NCBI GenBank assembly: GCA_021372615.1
Contig: JAJFUB010000017.1
Coordinates: forward strand, 117-64,116
DNA: 64,000 nucleotides
Reading direction: 5' to 3'
Origin: a bacterium
GTDB lineage: Bacteria > Armatimonadota > Zipacnadia > Zipacnadales > UBA11051
Position 1 is the first letter of the stretch. Every line of letters begins with the position of its first letter. Shown one piece after another: positions 8,881-17,155 of this stretch. The translations under genes were made by a program, and so were the position numbers. Below the pieces are notes generated by a model. That model was not told the origin of the DNA, searched no databases, and saw only the letters and a list, made by a program, of their open reading frames with translations.

Positions 8881-9636
8881 GTGGAGTCTCGCTGGGATGA
8901 GATGACCACGGACGAGATGTTCGCGGAGTTGCGACACACCTCCGACCCCGAGCTGCGTGCCGCCCTCATCGAGCGGCATGAAGGCTTGGTGCGGCATGTT
9001 GCCCGCCGGTACATGAACTCCGGCGAGTCGTACGAGGATATCGTGAGCGTCGGCCACCTGGGCCTGGTCAACGCGGTGGACCGCTTCGACCCGACGCGTG
9101 GCACCAAGTTCGCCACCTTCGCCGTCCCCACCATCAAGGGCGAGATTCGGCGCTACTTCCGCGACCGCACCTGGGGTCTGCGAGTGCCGCGCCGGGTGCA
9201 GGAGCTGTCGCTCAAAGCGCGCCAGGCCCTCGAGGAGATGACGCAGCGGCACGGGCGCTCACCCACGTATGCGGAGCTGGCCGAGCAACTGCACGTGGGG
9301 GAAGAGGATGTCATCGAGGCGATGGAGGTCGGGCGCCAGCACGACCTGCTGAGCATTGACGCTGCTCAGGACGATGAGGACGGCTTCGGACAGAGTGCCG
9401 CCGACCGGGCGGGTGACGTGGATGTGGACCTGGAGAGCCTGGGACAGCGCTCGGAGATCTCCTGGGCGCTGCAACAGCTCCCGGCGCGGCAGCGCCTCAT
9501 CGTCATCATGCGCTTCTACATGGACATGTCCCAGCAGGATGTGGGGGAGAGGCTGGGCATCTCCCAGATGCACGTCTCGCGCCTGCAGCAGAAGGCGCTG
9601 GTGCGCCTGCGGCAAGTGCTGCAGCGACAAGGCTGA
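8881..9636 (+). CDS. Group-3 alternative sigma factor (SigB/SigF family).
   Basis: Region 2 (YEDIVSVGHLGLVNAVDRFDP, FATFAVPTIKGEIRRY) and region 4 HTH (QQDVGERLGISQMHVSRLQ). GTG start 4 bp after the kinase gene. Confidence 0.85.
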   Translation: MESRWDEMTTDEMFAELRHTSDPELRAALIERHEGLVRHVARRYMNSGESYEDIVSVGHLGLVNAVDRFDPTRGTKFATFAVPTIKGEIRRYFRDRTWGLRVPRRVQELSLKARQALEEMTQRHGRSPTYAELAEQLHVGEEDVIEAMEVGRQHDLLSIDAAQDDEDGFGQSAADRAGDVDVDLESLGQRSEISWALQQLPARQRLIVIMRFYMDMSQQDVGERLGISQMHVSRLQQKALVRLRQVLQRQG

Positions 9637-9655
9637 CGGCACAAGGATGAGTGAC

Positions 9656-9707
9656 GAAGGCGGAGAGGTGGCGGTGCGGCGACATGCCGCACCGCCCTGC
9701 CGCCTTC
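9656..9707 (+). terminator. Long GC-rich hairpin after the sigma factor gene (outer stem gaaggcgg/ccgccttc, inner 11-bp stem ggcggtgcggc/gccgcaccgcc).
   Basis: Complementarity read directly; no U-tract. Confidence 0.4.
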
Positions 9708-9723
9708 CGCCTAGCGCCCTGGG

Positions 9724-11001
9724 GTGAGCGCCATGACTGGTCGCGTCTGGTGGCAAGCCGTTTCCGCCGTGCTCGTGGGCGTGCTGCTGGCGTTGGTGGC
9801 GCGCTACGTGTTCGTGCACAGCCTCGCCATCCTGGTGCTCTTCGCCCTGGGATGGCTCGTGGCGTGGGTGATGGACCCGCTGCTGGACGCCATGCAGCGC
9901 CGTGGCATGAAGCGGATGGCGGCCGTGTGGGTGGTCACGGCGGGGTTCGTCGTGGTGCTGGCGGTGGGGGGCGTGCTGATCGTCCCGCGATTGGTCGCGC
10001 AGGTGCAGGACGCTGCCAGCCACTGGCAGGACTACTCGGCCACGGCGCAGACGACCTACGAGTACTGGCACCAGCGCCTGACGGAGTATGTCAACGCCCA
10101 GTATCCGGGCGTGGAGATCATGCCGTTCCTAGATGACAAGGTGGCGGAGGCCAGCGCCTGGCTGGCGCGCAACATCCCCACCTTCTTGCAGTGGCTCAGC
10201 CAGCAACTGATCGCCTCGGTCGGCCTGGTCGGCATGGGCTTCCTGCTGCTGGTCATCAGCTTCCATTTCATGAACCTGATTGACCCGCTCCGCGAGAGCA
10301 TCCGCAAGATGCTGCCGGCGAGCGCGGACGGGGAAGTGGACCGCCTCGGCACGCAGATCAACGCCATGCTGGGGCAGTACCTGCGCGGGATCGTGCTGGT
10401 CAGCATCCTGACGGGCATCACGGTCACGCTGGTCCTGAGCACCGTCAGCATCTTCTTCGGCACCAAGTATGCCCTGATCCTGGGCCTGGTGTCGGGCATC
10501 ACGTACATGATCCCGTACGTGGGGCCGACCGTCAGTTGCGTCAGCGCCGGGTTCTTCGGCTACGTCACCGCCGCCCAGTCGCCCTGGTGGGCCTGCGGCG
10601 TCTCCATCGCGGGGATGCTGGCGATCAACCAGGTCTTCGACACCTTCGTGACGCCGCGCATCGTCGGGCAGCGGGTCGGGTTGCATCCGCTCGTGATGCT
10701 GTTCTCGGTCTTCATCGGGGTCGCGCTGCTGGGGATACCCGGGATGATCATCGCCACGCCGGTGGCGGCCAGCATGAAGATCGTGCTGGCGCGGTGGCTG
10801 CCCATCAAACAGGTGAATTTCACCGCGCCCTGCGGCAAGCGGCGGCTGGACATTGACGTGGCCGCGAGCCTGAACCTGCTGGCGATGAATGTGGCTCGCA
10901 TTCGGCGGGATGTGGAGACGGTGCTGCGGCACGAGGCGCATGAGAGCCCGGGAGGCGCGCACAAGCCGCCTGCCGAGCCGCCCGACGAAGGGGAAGTGTA
11001 G
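9724..11001 (+). CDS. AI-2E family (PerM/UPF0118) transporter.
   Basis: Seven to eight hydrophobic segments and the family core MIPYVGPTVSCVSAGFFGYV...VFDTFVTPRIVGQRVGLHPL. Confidence 0.8.
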   Translation: MSAMTGRVWWQAVSAVLVGVLLALVARYVFVHSLAILVLFALGWLVAWVMDPLLDAMQRRGMKRMAAVWVVTAGFVVVLAVGGVLIVPRLVAQVQDAASHWQDYSATAQTTYEYWHQRLTEYVNAQYPGVEIMPFLDDKVAEASAWLARNIPTFLQWLSQQLIASVGLVGMGFLLLVISFHFMNLIDPLRESIRKMLPASADGEVDRLGTQINAMLGQYLRGIVLVSILTGITVTLVLSTVSIFFGTKYALILGLVSGITYMIPYVGPTVSCVSAGFFGYVTAAQSPWWACGVSIAGMLAINQVFDTFVTPRIVGQRVGLHPLVMLFSVFIGVALLGIPGMIIATPVAASMKIVLARWLPIKQVNFTAPCGKRRLDIDVAASLNLLAMNVARIRRDVETVLRHEAHESPGGAHKPPAEPPDEGEV

Positions 11002-11007
11002 GGGTGC

Positions 11008-11070
11008 CACGGCCAGCCCTGCTGGCCGTGCGGGGGGCACCAACGTCCACGGCCAGCAGGGCTGGCCGTG
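11008..11070. repeat. Two copies of a 23-nt hairpin element in opposite orientation (cacggccagccctgctggccgtg and its exact reverse complement) after the transporter gene. REP-like element or terminator.
   Basis: Copy 2 at 11048-11070 is the exact reverse complement of copy 1 at 11008-11030. Each copy is a 9-bp stem with a 5-nt loop. Confidence 0.5.
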
Positions 11071-11144
11071 CCACCCGTCACTGAACAACACCGGGCGTCG
11101 CCTGGCGCGCCCCTACTGATCCAAGGAGTAGCAGGAACGACACA

Positions 11145-13769
11145 ATGCCTACCGTGCAGGAGATTCGACAGCTTTTCCTGAGCTTCTTTGAGGAGCGTGG
11201 CCATCTCGTCCGCCCCAGCGCGCCGCTGGTGCTGCGCGACGACCCGACGAGCCTGTTCACCAGCGCCGGCATGCAGCCGTACATGGCGGCCTACCGGGGT
11301 GAGGAGGCGCCGCCGGCCCCGCGCGTGGCCAGCATCCAAAAGTGCAACCGCACCGTGGACATCGAGGGTGTCGGCATCCACAACCGCTACTGCACCTTCT
11401 TCGAGATGCTGGGCAACTTCTCGTTCGGCGACTACTTCAAGCAAGAAGCCGTGGACTTCGCCTGGGAGTTCTTCAACGACGTGCTCGAGCTCCCGCGCGA
11501 ACGCCTGTGGTTCACCGTCTACACCGATGACGACGAGACCGAGGAGATCTGGCACAAGCGCATCGGCATCCCCCGCGAGCGCATCCTGCGCTTCGGGCGC
11601 AGCGACAACTTCTGGCCCAAGGCGCGCTGGGAGGGGCCCTGCGGCCCTTGCAGCGAGATCCACATTGACCTGGGCGAGGAGTACTCCTGCGGCAGTCCCA
11701 CGTGCCGGGTGAACTGCGACTGCGACCGCTACCTGGAGCTGTGGAACCTCGTATTCCAGATGTACACCGAGGCTGAGGACGGGACGCTCACGCCGCTGCC
11801 CAAGCCCGGCGTAGACACCGGCATGGGCCTGGAGCGGCTGGCGCTGGTCCTGCAGGACAAGCCATACGTCGCCGAGACCGACGAACTGTGGCAGATCTGC
11901 AGCGCCATCGTCGAGGCCATCAACTCGCAGCGCACCACGCCGCTGGCGTATGGGGACGCCGCCGAGACCGACCTGGCCCTGCGCATCATGACCGACCATC
12001 TCCGCGCCTCGACGTTCATCATGAACGACGGGGTCGTGCCCAGCGCCGACGGGGCGGGCTACGTGTTGCGGCGCTTCATCCGCCGCGCCTACCGCTTCGG
12101 GCGGCAGGCGGGCGCCACCCGGCCCTTCTTGCACGAGGCGCTGCCGGCCGTGGCCGCCGCCATGGGCGAGGCCTACCCCGAGTTGCGGGACAAGGTGGAG
12201 TTCTCCGCCAAGCTCATGCACCGGGAAGAGGAGCGGTTTGCCGGGACGCTCGAGTCGGGCATCAGCCTGCTCGAGGAGATCGTGGACGGACTGCAGGGCA
12301 CGGTCATCGGCGGTCAGGAAGCCTTCCGGCTCTACGACACGTACGGCTTCCCGCTGGAGCTGACCGTCGAGCTGGCCGCCGAGCGCGACCTGACGGTGGA
12401 CGAGGCGGCCTTCGCCGAGGCCATGGAGGCCCAGCGGGTGCGGTCGCGCGGGGAGACCGTGGGGCTGGCCGGATCGCGCGATGTGGAGCTGTCGGCGGGG
12501 CTCCCGGCCACGGAGTTCGTGGGCTACGAGACGACAGCGGCGGAGGCGCAGACGCTGGCCTTTGTCCGCGACGACAAGGTCGTGGACGGCCTCGAGGAGG
12601 GTGACGAGGGCGGGCTGGTGCTCGACCAGACGCCCTTCTACGCCGAGCGAGGCGGCCAGGTCGGCGACCGCGGCCGGATCGTCTTCCCCGACGGCGTCTT
12701 CGAGGTGGCCAACACGCTGCCCCTGGGTGACACCATCCTGCACGTCGGCCGCATGGCCAGCGGCGTGACCGAGCCGGGCCGGGTCCTCGCCGAAGTGGAC
12801 CCGTCGCGGCGGCGGGCCATCTGCGCGGCCCACACCGGCACGCACCTGCTGCACGAGGCCTTGCGCCGGGCGCTGGGGACGCACGTGGACCAGTCCGGCT
12901 CGCTCGTGGCGCCCGACAGGCTGCGCTTCGACTTCACCCATCACGAGAGCGTGGCGCGGGACATCCTGGACCGCGTAGAGGACCAGGTGAACGAGTGGGT
13001 GGTGGGCGATCTGCCGGTGGCGATCGCCACCATCGAGTTCCAGGCTGCCCGCGACGCCGGGGCCCGGGCGCTGTTCACCGAGAAGTACGGCGATGTCGTC
13101 CGCACCGTGAAGGTCGGCGACGTGAGCATGGAGCTATGCGGCGGCACGCACTGCGCCAGCACCGGGCAGGTCGGCTCGCTGCGTATCCTGTCCGAGAGCA
13201 GCATCGCCGCCGGGGTGCGGCGCATTGAGGCCGTGACCGGGCTGGAGGCCGTGCGGCACGGACGGCACGTCGAGGCCGAGCTGGTCAGCATCGCCAAGGC
13301 TCTCGGCTGCACTGTCGAGGAAGCCCCGGGTCGTGTGGCGGGGCTGCAGGCGCGGCTGGCGGAGTTGCAGCATGAGCTGAAGCAGGCCCGACAGGCGCGG
13401 TCGGCCATGAACCTCGACAGCCTGCAGACGGTTGAGATTGGCGGCCTGAAGGTCGTCGCGGCCGAGATCCCCGGCGTGGATGCCGAGATGCTGAGCAGCC
13501 TGGTGGACCAGGTGGCCGACAAGAGCGGCGAGGGGGTGACGATCCTGGCCACGGTTGAGGACGGCAAGGTGCTGTTCATGGCCAAGGCCAGTGACGGCGC
13601 CGTCCGGGCCGGGGTGCATGCCGGGAACCTGGTGAAGGAACTCGCGACGCGGTGTGGTGGTGGCGGGGGCGGGCGGCCGCAGTTCGCCCGAGCCGGCGGC
13701 AAGGACCCCGAGAAGCTCGGCGAGGCGCTGGCGGCGGTGGCGGGGTTGGTGGAGGGGCAGTTGAAGTAA
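11145..13769 (+). CDS. alaS: Alanine--tRNA ligase.
   Basis: 874 aa. Class II aaRS motifs, the HxxxH editing/Zn motif (HTGTHLLHEAL) and the C-terminal C-Ala region. Gene order alaS-ruvX-mltG. Confidence 0.95.
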   Translation: MPTVQEIRQLFLSFFEERGHLVRPSAPLVLRDDPTSLFTSAGMQPYMAAYRGEEAPPAPRVASIQKCNRTVDIEGVGIHNRYCTFFEMLGNFSFGDYFKQEAVDFAWEFFNDVLELPRERLWFTVYTDDDETEEIWHKRIGIPRERILRFGRSDNFWPKARWEGPCGPCSEIHIDLGEEYSCGSPTCRVNCDCDRYLELWNLVFQMYTEAEDGTLTPLPKPGVDTGMGLERLALVLQDKPYVAETDELWQICSAIVEAINSQRTTPLAYGDAAETDLALRIMTDHLRASTFIMNDGVVPSADGAGYVLRRFIRRAYRFGRQAGATRPFLHEALPAVAAAMGEAYPELRDKVEFSAKLMHREEERFAGTLESGISLLEEIVDGLQGTVIGGQEAFRLYDTYGFPLELTVELAAERDLTVDEAAFAEAMEAQRVRSRGETVGLAGSRDVELSAGLPATEFVGYETTAAEAQTLAFVRDDKVVDGLEEGDEGGLVLDQTPFYAERGGQVGDRGRIVFPDGVFEVANTLPLGDTILHVGRMASGVTEPGRVLAEVDPSRRRAICAAHTGTHLLHEALRRALGTHVDQSGSLVAPDRLRFDFTHHESVARDILDRVEDQVNEWVVGDLPVAIATIEFQAARDAGARALFTEKYGDVVRTVKVGDVSMELCGGTHCASTGQVGSLRILSESSIAAGVRRIEAVTGLEAVRHGRHVEAELVSIAKALGCTVEEAPGRVAGLQARLAELQHELKQARQARSAMNLDSLQTVEIGGLKVVAAEIPGVDAEMLSSLVDQVADKSGEGVTILATVEDGKVLFMAKASDGAVRAGVHAGNLVKELATRCGGGGGGRPQFARAGGKDPEKLGEALAAVAGLVEGQLK

Positions 13770-13773
13770 GAAC

Positions 13774-13956
13774 AACGGCGTCCTCACCCCTTCCCCTCTC
13801 CCTCGTCCGCCTTCGCCCTACGGGCTACGGCGGGCTCCGGAGAGGGGATCTGGCAGCCTTCTCTGTGGCTTCGCAGCCACGAGGTGACGGAAGAGCCCCC
13901 TCTCCGGAACGCAGCGCAGCGGAGTGAGGGAGAGGGGTAGGGGTGAGGACGCCGTT
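13774..13956. repeat. Structured intergenic element: a 31-bp inverted repeat (1 mismatch) flanking a 121-bp core that contains a nested 11-bp hairpin. A related partial copy lies at window positions 7-36.
   Basis: Left arm 13774-13804 aacggcgtcctcaccccttcccctctccctc. Right arm 13926-13956 is its reverse complement with one t/a difference. Inner ccggagagggg (13838-13848) pairs with cccctctccgg (13877-13887). Confidence 0.6.
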
Positions 13957-13970
13957 CGGTGTCCACAATC

Positions 13971-14396
13971 ATGCGGTACATGGGTGTTGATCTGGGAACC
14001 AAGCGTATCGGCATCGCCCTGTCGGACCCGATGGGGATGATTGCTTCGCCCTTCGCGGTCATCAGCCGCAAGGGCGGGAAGGCCGACCTGCAGGAAGTCG
14101 TGGCGATCGCGAAGGACTACGACGTCGAGATGATCGTGGTCGGCATGCCGGTGGACCTGAAGGGGCAGCAGGGCGTGGCCGCGCAGCACGTGAGTGGGGA
14201 GATCGAGCAGCTACGGAGCCTGTCCTCCGTGCCCGTGGAGACCTATGACGAACGCCTGACTTCGGCGGCGGCGCAACGGGCGCTGCGGTCGGGCGGGCTG
14301 GACAGCCGCGGTCAGCGGGGCGTCGTGGACAAGGTCGCCGCCGCCATATTACTGCAGTCTTATCTGGAGCAGCACAGACAACACGATGCCTCGTAG
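13971..14396 (+). CDS. ruvX: Holliday junction resolvase-like / pre-16S rRNA nuclease YqgF.
   Basis: MGVDLGTKRIGIALSD ... IVVGMPVDLKG ... SAAAQRAL, canonical YqgF. The ATG at 13971 is preferred over the upstream GTG at 13959. Confidence 0.85.
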   Translation: MRYMGVDLGTKRIGIALSDPMGMIASPFAVISRKGGKADLQEVVAIAKDYDVEMIVVGMPVDLKGQQGVAAQHVSGEIEQLRSLSSVPVETYDERLTSAAAQRALRSGGLDSRGQRGVVDKVAAAILLQSYLEQHRQHDAS

Positions 14397-15417
14397 CAAG
14401 CGCAAGCGTTACATCAACCCGACCAGCATCGCCGTCACGGTGGCCACCGCCGTCGGCCTGCTGCTCCTGCTGGCAGTGGGCCTGTACCGGCTGGCCCTGG
14501 CCCCCGCGAGCCGCGACACACGCACGCAACTGGTGCACATCGAGAGCATGGGCACCAAGCAGCTCGCGCGTACACTGCGGCAGCAGAAGCTCATCCGCAG
14601 CGCGACGGCGTTCCGCCTGCTGGTGCAGGCCAACATGGCCCTGGGCAAGGGCAAGACGCCGAAGGCCGGCTACTACGACCTGAGCCCCAGCATGTCCGCC
14701 GAGGAGATCCTGGCGCGGCTGTCCGAGGGCAGGGTGGCCCGGCGCAAGGTGACCTTCCCCGAGGGCTTCACGCTGGCGCAGATGGCCGAGCGCCTGGAGC
14801 GCGAACTGGATATCCCTCAGCAGGAGTTCCTGGACGCTGCGCGCGGCACAGCGGTGTCACGCGCGGTCGGCTTCCGGCTGCCGCGCGCCTCGCTGGAGGG
14901 CTACCTGTTCCCCAGCACGTACACCTTCAACGTCGGCGAGAAGCCGGACCTGGTGGTCAGCGAGATGGTGGCGGCGCTCAATGAGACCTTCGTCCGGGCA
15001 CACCAGAACGAGATCCGACGACAGAAGCTGTCTGTGCCCCAGTTGGTGACGCTGGCCTCGCTGGTCGAGCGTGAGGCGCGGGCGCCGGAGGAGCGGGCGC
15101 TCATCGCCGGGGTCATCATGAACCGGCTGGCCCGGAACATGCGGCTGCAGATTGACGCCACCGTGCAGTACGCTCTGGGCGAGCACAGGTCACGCCTGCT
15201 CTACAAGGACCTGAAGGTCAACTCACCCTACAACACCTACCTGCACGCCGGGCTGCCGCCGGGCCCGATCTGCAGCCCGGGGCTGGCGTGTCTGCAGGCG
15301 GCGCTGAAGCCGGCGAAGACCGATGCCCTCTTCTACGTCGCCCGGCGGGATGGGACGCACGTGTTCAGCCGGACGTACGAGGAGCATCAGCAGGCGATCA
15401 AGCGCGTGAGGGGCTAG
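14386..15417 (+). CDS. mltG: Endolytic murein transglycosylase MltG (YceG family).
   Basis: N-terminal TM anchor. YceG motifs LVTLASLVEREA, INRLARNMRLQIDATVQYALG and YNTYLHAGLPPGPICSPG. Confidence 0.85.
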   Translation: MPRSKRKRYINPTSIAVTVATAVGLLLLLAVGLYRLALAPASRDTRTQLVHIESMGTKQLARTLRQQKLIRSATAFRLLVQANMALGKGKTPKAGYYDLSPSMSAEEILARLSEGRVARRKVTFPEGFTLAQMAERLERELDIPQQEFLDAARGTAVSRAVGFRLPRASLEGYLFPSTYTFNVGEKPDLVVSEMVAALNETFVRAHQNEIRRQKLSVPQLVTLASLVEREARAPEERALIAGVIMNRLARNMRLQIDATVQYALGEHRSRLLYKDLKVNSPYNTYLHAGLPPGPICSPGLACLQAALKPAKTDALFYVARRDGTHVFSRTYEEHQQAIKRVRG

Positions 15418-15420
15418 GGC

Positions 15421-15556
15421 CGCGTGGGCGCGCGTGTCCTCACGCGCGCAGGCTGGCGGATGCCCTACGGATGCGCGCGTGAGGACACGCGCGCCCACGC
15501 GCCAGGGGCGGCGGTGGGGTTACGGATGCGCGCGTGAGGACACGCGCGCCCACGCG
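15421..15556. repeat. Array of three GC-rich hairpin units (cgcgcgtg-agga-cacgcgcg). Two 37-nt direct repeats at 15465-15501 and 15520-15556, plus an inverted copy at 15421-15449.
   Basis: Read directly. Copies B and C are identical over 36 nt; copy A is the reverse complement of the B core. Confidence 0.55.
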
Positions 15557-15583
15557 ACCTCCGCACCCCCGCGGGAACAGCAT

Positions 15584-16114
15584 ATGTGGGAACACTGCAG
15601 GCCTGACATCATTGTGGATCGGCTCGAGCACCTCGACCAGGATGACCTGTGGGCGCGGGGCGTGCGGGGCCTCATCCTCGACCTGGACAACACCCTGTGC
15701 GCGTGGCATTCCAGCGAGGTGAGCGCCGAGCGGCGGGCCTGGGTCGCACGGGCCAGGGAGCGCTTCAAGCTCTGCATCCTGTCCAACACCATCAAGTTCG
15801 GCCGACTGCGGCGGGTCGGCGACACGCTGGGCATTCCGACCACCGGGCGCTGGGGCCTCGGCCGCAAGCCCATGCCCGGCGGCATCCGCGTCGCCCTGAC
15901 GCTGCTGGGCACGCAGCCGCAGCAAACGGCCATCATCGGCGACCAGCTCTTCGCCGACGTGCTGGGCGCGAACCTGAACGGCCTGCTGTCGGTGTGGGTG
16001 CCGGTCCTGGATCGGCGGGAGTTCTTCAGCACACGGCTGTTCCGCGGCCTGGAGCGGCGCGTGCTGCGGCGGCTGGGCTGTGCCATTCCTGACAGGTCCC
16101 CGGACGAGACATGA
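15584..16114 (+). CDS. HAD-superfamily (subfamily IIIA) YqeG-type phosphatase.
   Basis: HAD motif I LILDLDNTL, motif II LSNT, K...GDQLFADV. Precedes aroE as in the Bacillus yqeG-aroD arrangement. ATG at 15584. Confidence 0.75.
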   Translation: MWEHCRPDIIVDRLEHLDQDDLWARGVRGLILDLDNTLCAWHSSEVSAERRAWVARARERFKLCILSNTIKFGRLRRVGDTLGIPTTGRWGLGRKPMPGGIRVALTLLGTQPQQTAIIGDQLFADVLGANLNGLLSVWVPVLDRREFFSTRLFRGLERRVLRRLGCAIPDRSPDET

Positions 16115-17022
16115 GCAACCTCTCAGACAATCTGCGCGGCATTGACGGCGAGACCCGTGTGGCGGGCGTGATCGGCTGGCCTGTGCGCCACAGCCTGTCG
16201 CCGCCAATGCACAACGCCGCTTTCGCCGCGCTGGGCCTCAACTGGGTCTACGTGCCCTTTGCGGTGCAGCCCGAGCGGGTCGGCGAGGCCATGGCAGCCG
16301 TGCGGGGCCTCGACCTGGCCGGCCTGAATGTCACGATCCCCCACAAGCCCGCGGTGTTGCCGTACCTGGATGAGCTGGGGCCCGAGGCGCAGACGCTGGG
16401 GGTCGCCAACACGATCATCAACCGTGAGGGGCGGCTGACCGGCCGGAACACGGACGGGGAGGGCTTCCTGCGGTCGCTCCGCGAGATCGGGGGCGACGTG
16501 GCCGGGCAGCCGGTGACGCTGATCGGCGCCGGGGGCAGCGCGCGGTCGGTGGCGCTGGCGGTCTGCCAAGCGGGGGCCGCCCGGCTGACGATCGTCAACC
16601 GGACGCTGGAGAGAGCCGAGGCGCTGGCGGAGATGCTGCGGACCATCATTGGCGCGGGCGAGGCCTCCCGCGCTACGGAAGTGTGTGCCGTGGCGCTCGA
16701 GGCTCCCGAGGCCGAGGCGGCGGTGTCCGGCGCCGGGGTCGTCATTGACAGCACGGCCGTGGGCATGTACCCGCACCATGACGTGGCCCCCGTGGTGCCG
16801 GAGGGGTGGCTGCGTCCGGGGATGATCGTGGCGGACCTGACGTACAACCCGCGCCAGACAGTGCTGTTGCGGGCTGCGGCGCGGCAAGGCGCACGGACCC
16901 TTGACGGCACCGGGATGTTAGTACATCAGGGCGCACTATCTTTCGAGTACTGGACCGGCCAACCGGCCCCCGTAGAGGTCATGCGGCAGGCGTTGTTGAA
17001 ACGACTGGGGGAGGGCGGTTAG
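16111..17022 (+). CDS. aroE: Shikimate dehydrogenase.
   Basis: GVIGWPVRHSLSPPMHNAAF, NVTIPHK, NTDGEGF, and the Rossmann-fold LIGAGGSARS. Confidence 0.9.
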   Translation: MSNLSDNLRGIDGETRVAGVIGWPVRHSLSPPMHNAAFAALGLNWVYVPFAVQPERVGEAMAAVRGLDLAGLNVTIPHKPAVLPYLDELGPEAQTLGVANTIINREGRLTGRNTDGEGFLRSLREIGGDVAGQPVTLIGAGGSARSVALAVCQAGAARLTIVNRTLERAEALAEMLRTIIGAGEASRATEVCAVALEAPEAEAAVSGAGVVIDSTAVGMYPHHDVAPVVPEGWLRPGMIVADLTYNPRQTVLLRAAARQGARTLDGTGMLVHQGALSFEYWTGQPAPVEVMRQALLKRLGEGG

Positions 17023-17062
17023 CCAGCCGGGAGGGTCGTGTGCCCGACCGGGCGGCTTTGTG

Positions 17063-17092
17063 TTGACTTGAGATTCCCGCGTAAACTATAAT
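17063..17092 (+). promoter_or_regulatory. Sigma70-type promoter TTGACT-18 nt-TATAAT upstream of pilB.
   Basis: ttgact at 17063-17068, tataat at 17087-17092. GAGGTG RBS 9 nt before the ATG at 17156. Confidence 0.5.
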
Positions 17093-17155
17093 CGGCCTCA
17101 ACTACCGCTGGGTCTCCTTCCCGGTCGTTAGGCTGTTTGCACGAGGTGCTGCCAT

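Noticed and set aside
10560-12944. 794-aa minus-strand ORF antisense to alaS
   Set aside because: Entirely overlaps the strongly supported alaS CDS. No recognisable motifs, Arg/Ala/Gly-rich composition typical of GC-rich antisense frames.
15421-15556. CRISPR array
   Set aside because: Only two direct repeats plus one inverted copy, no regular spacers, no cas genes. Interpreted as REP-like hairpins.
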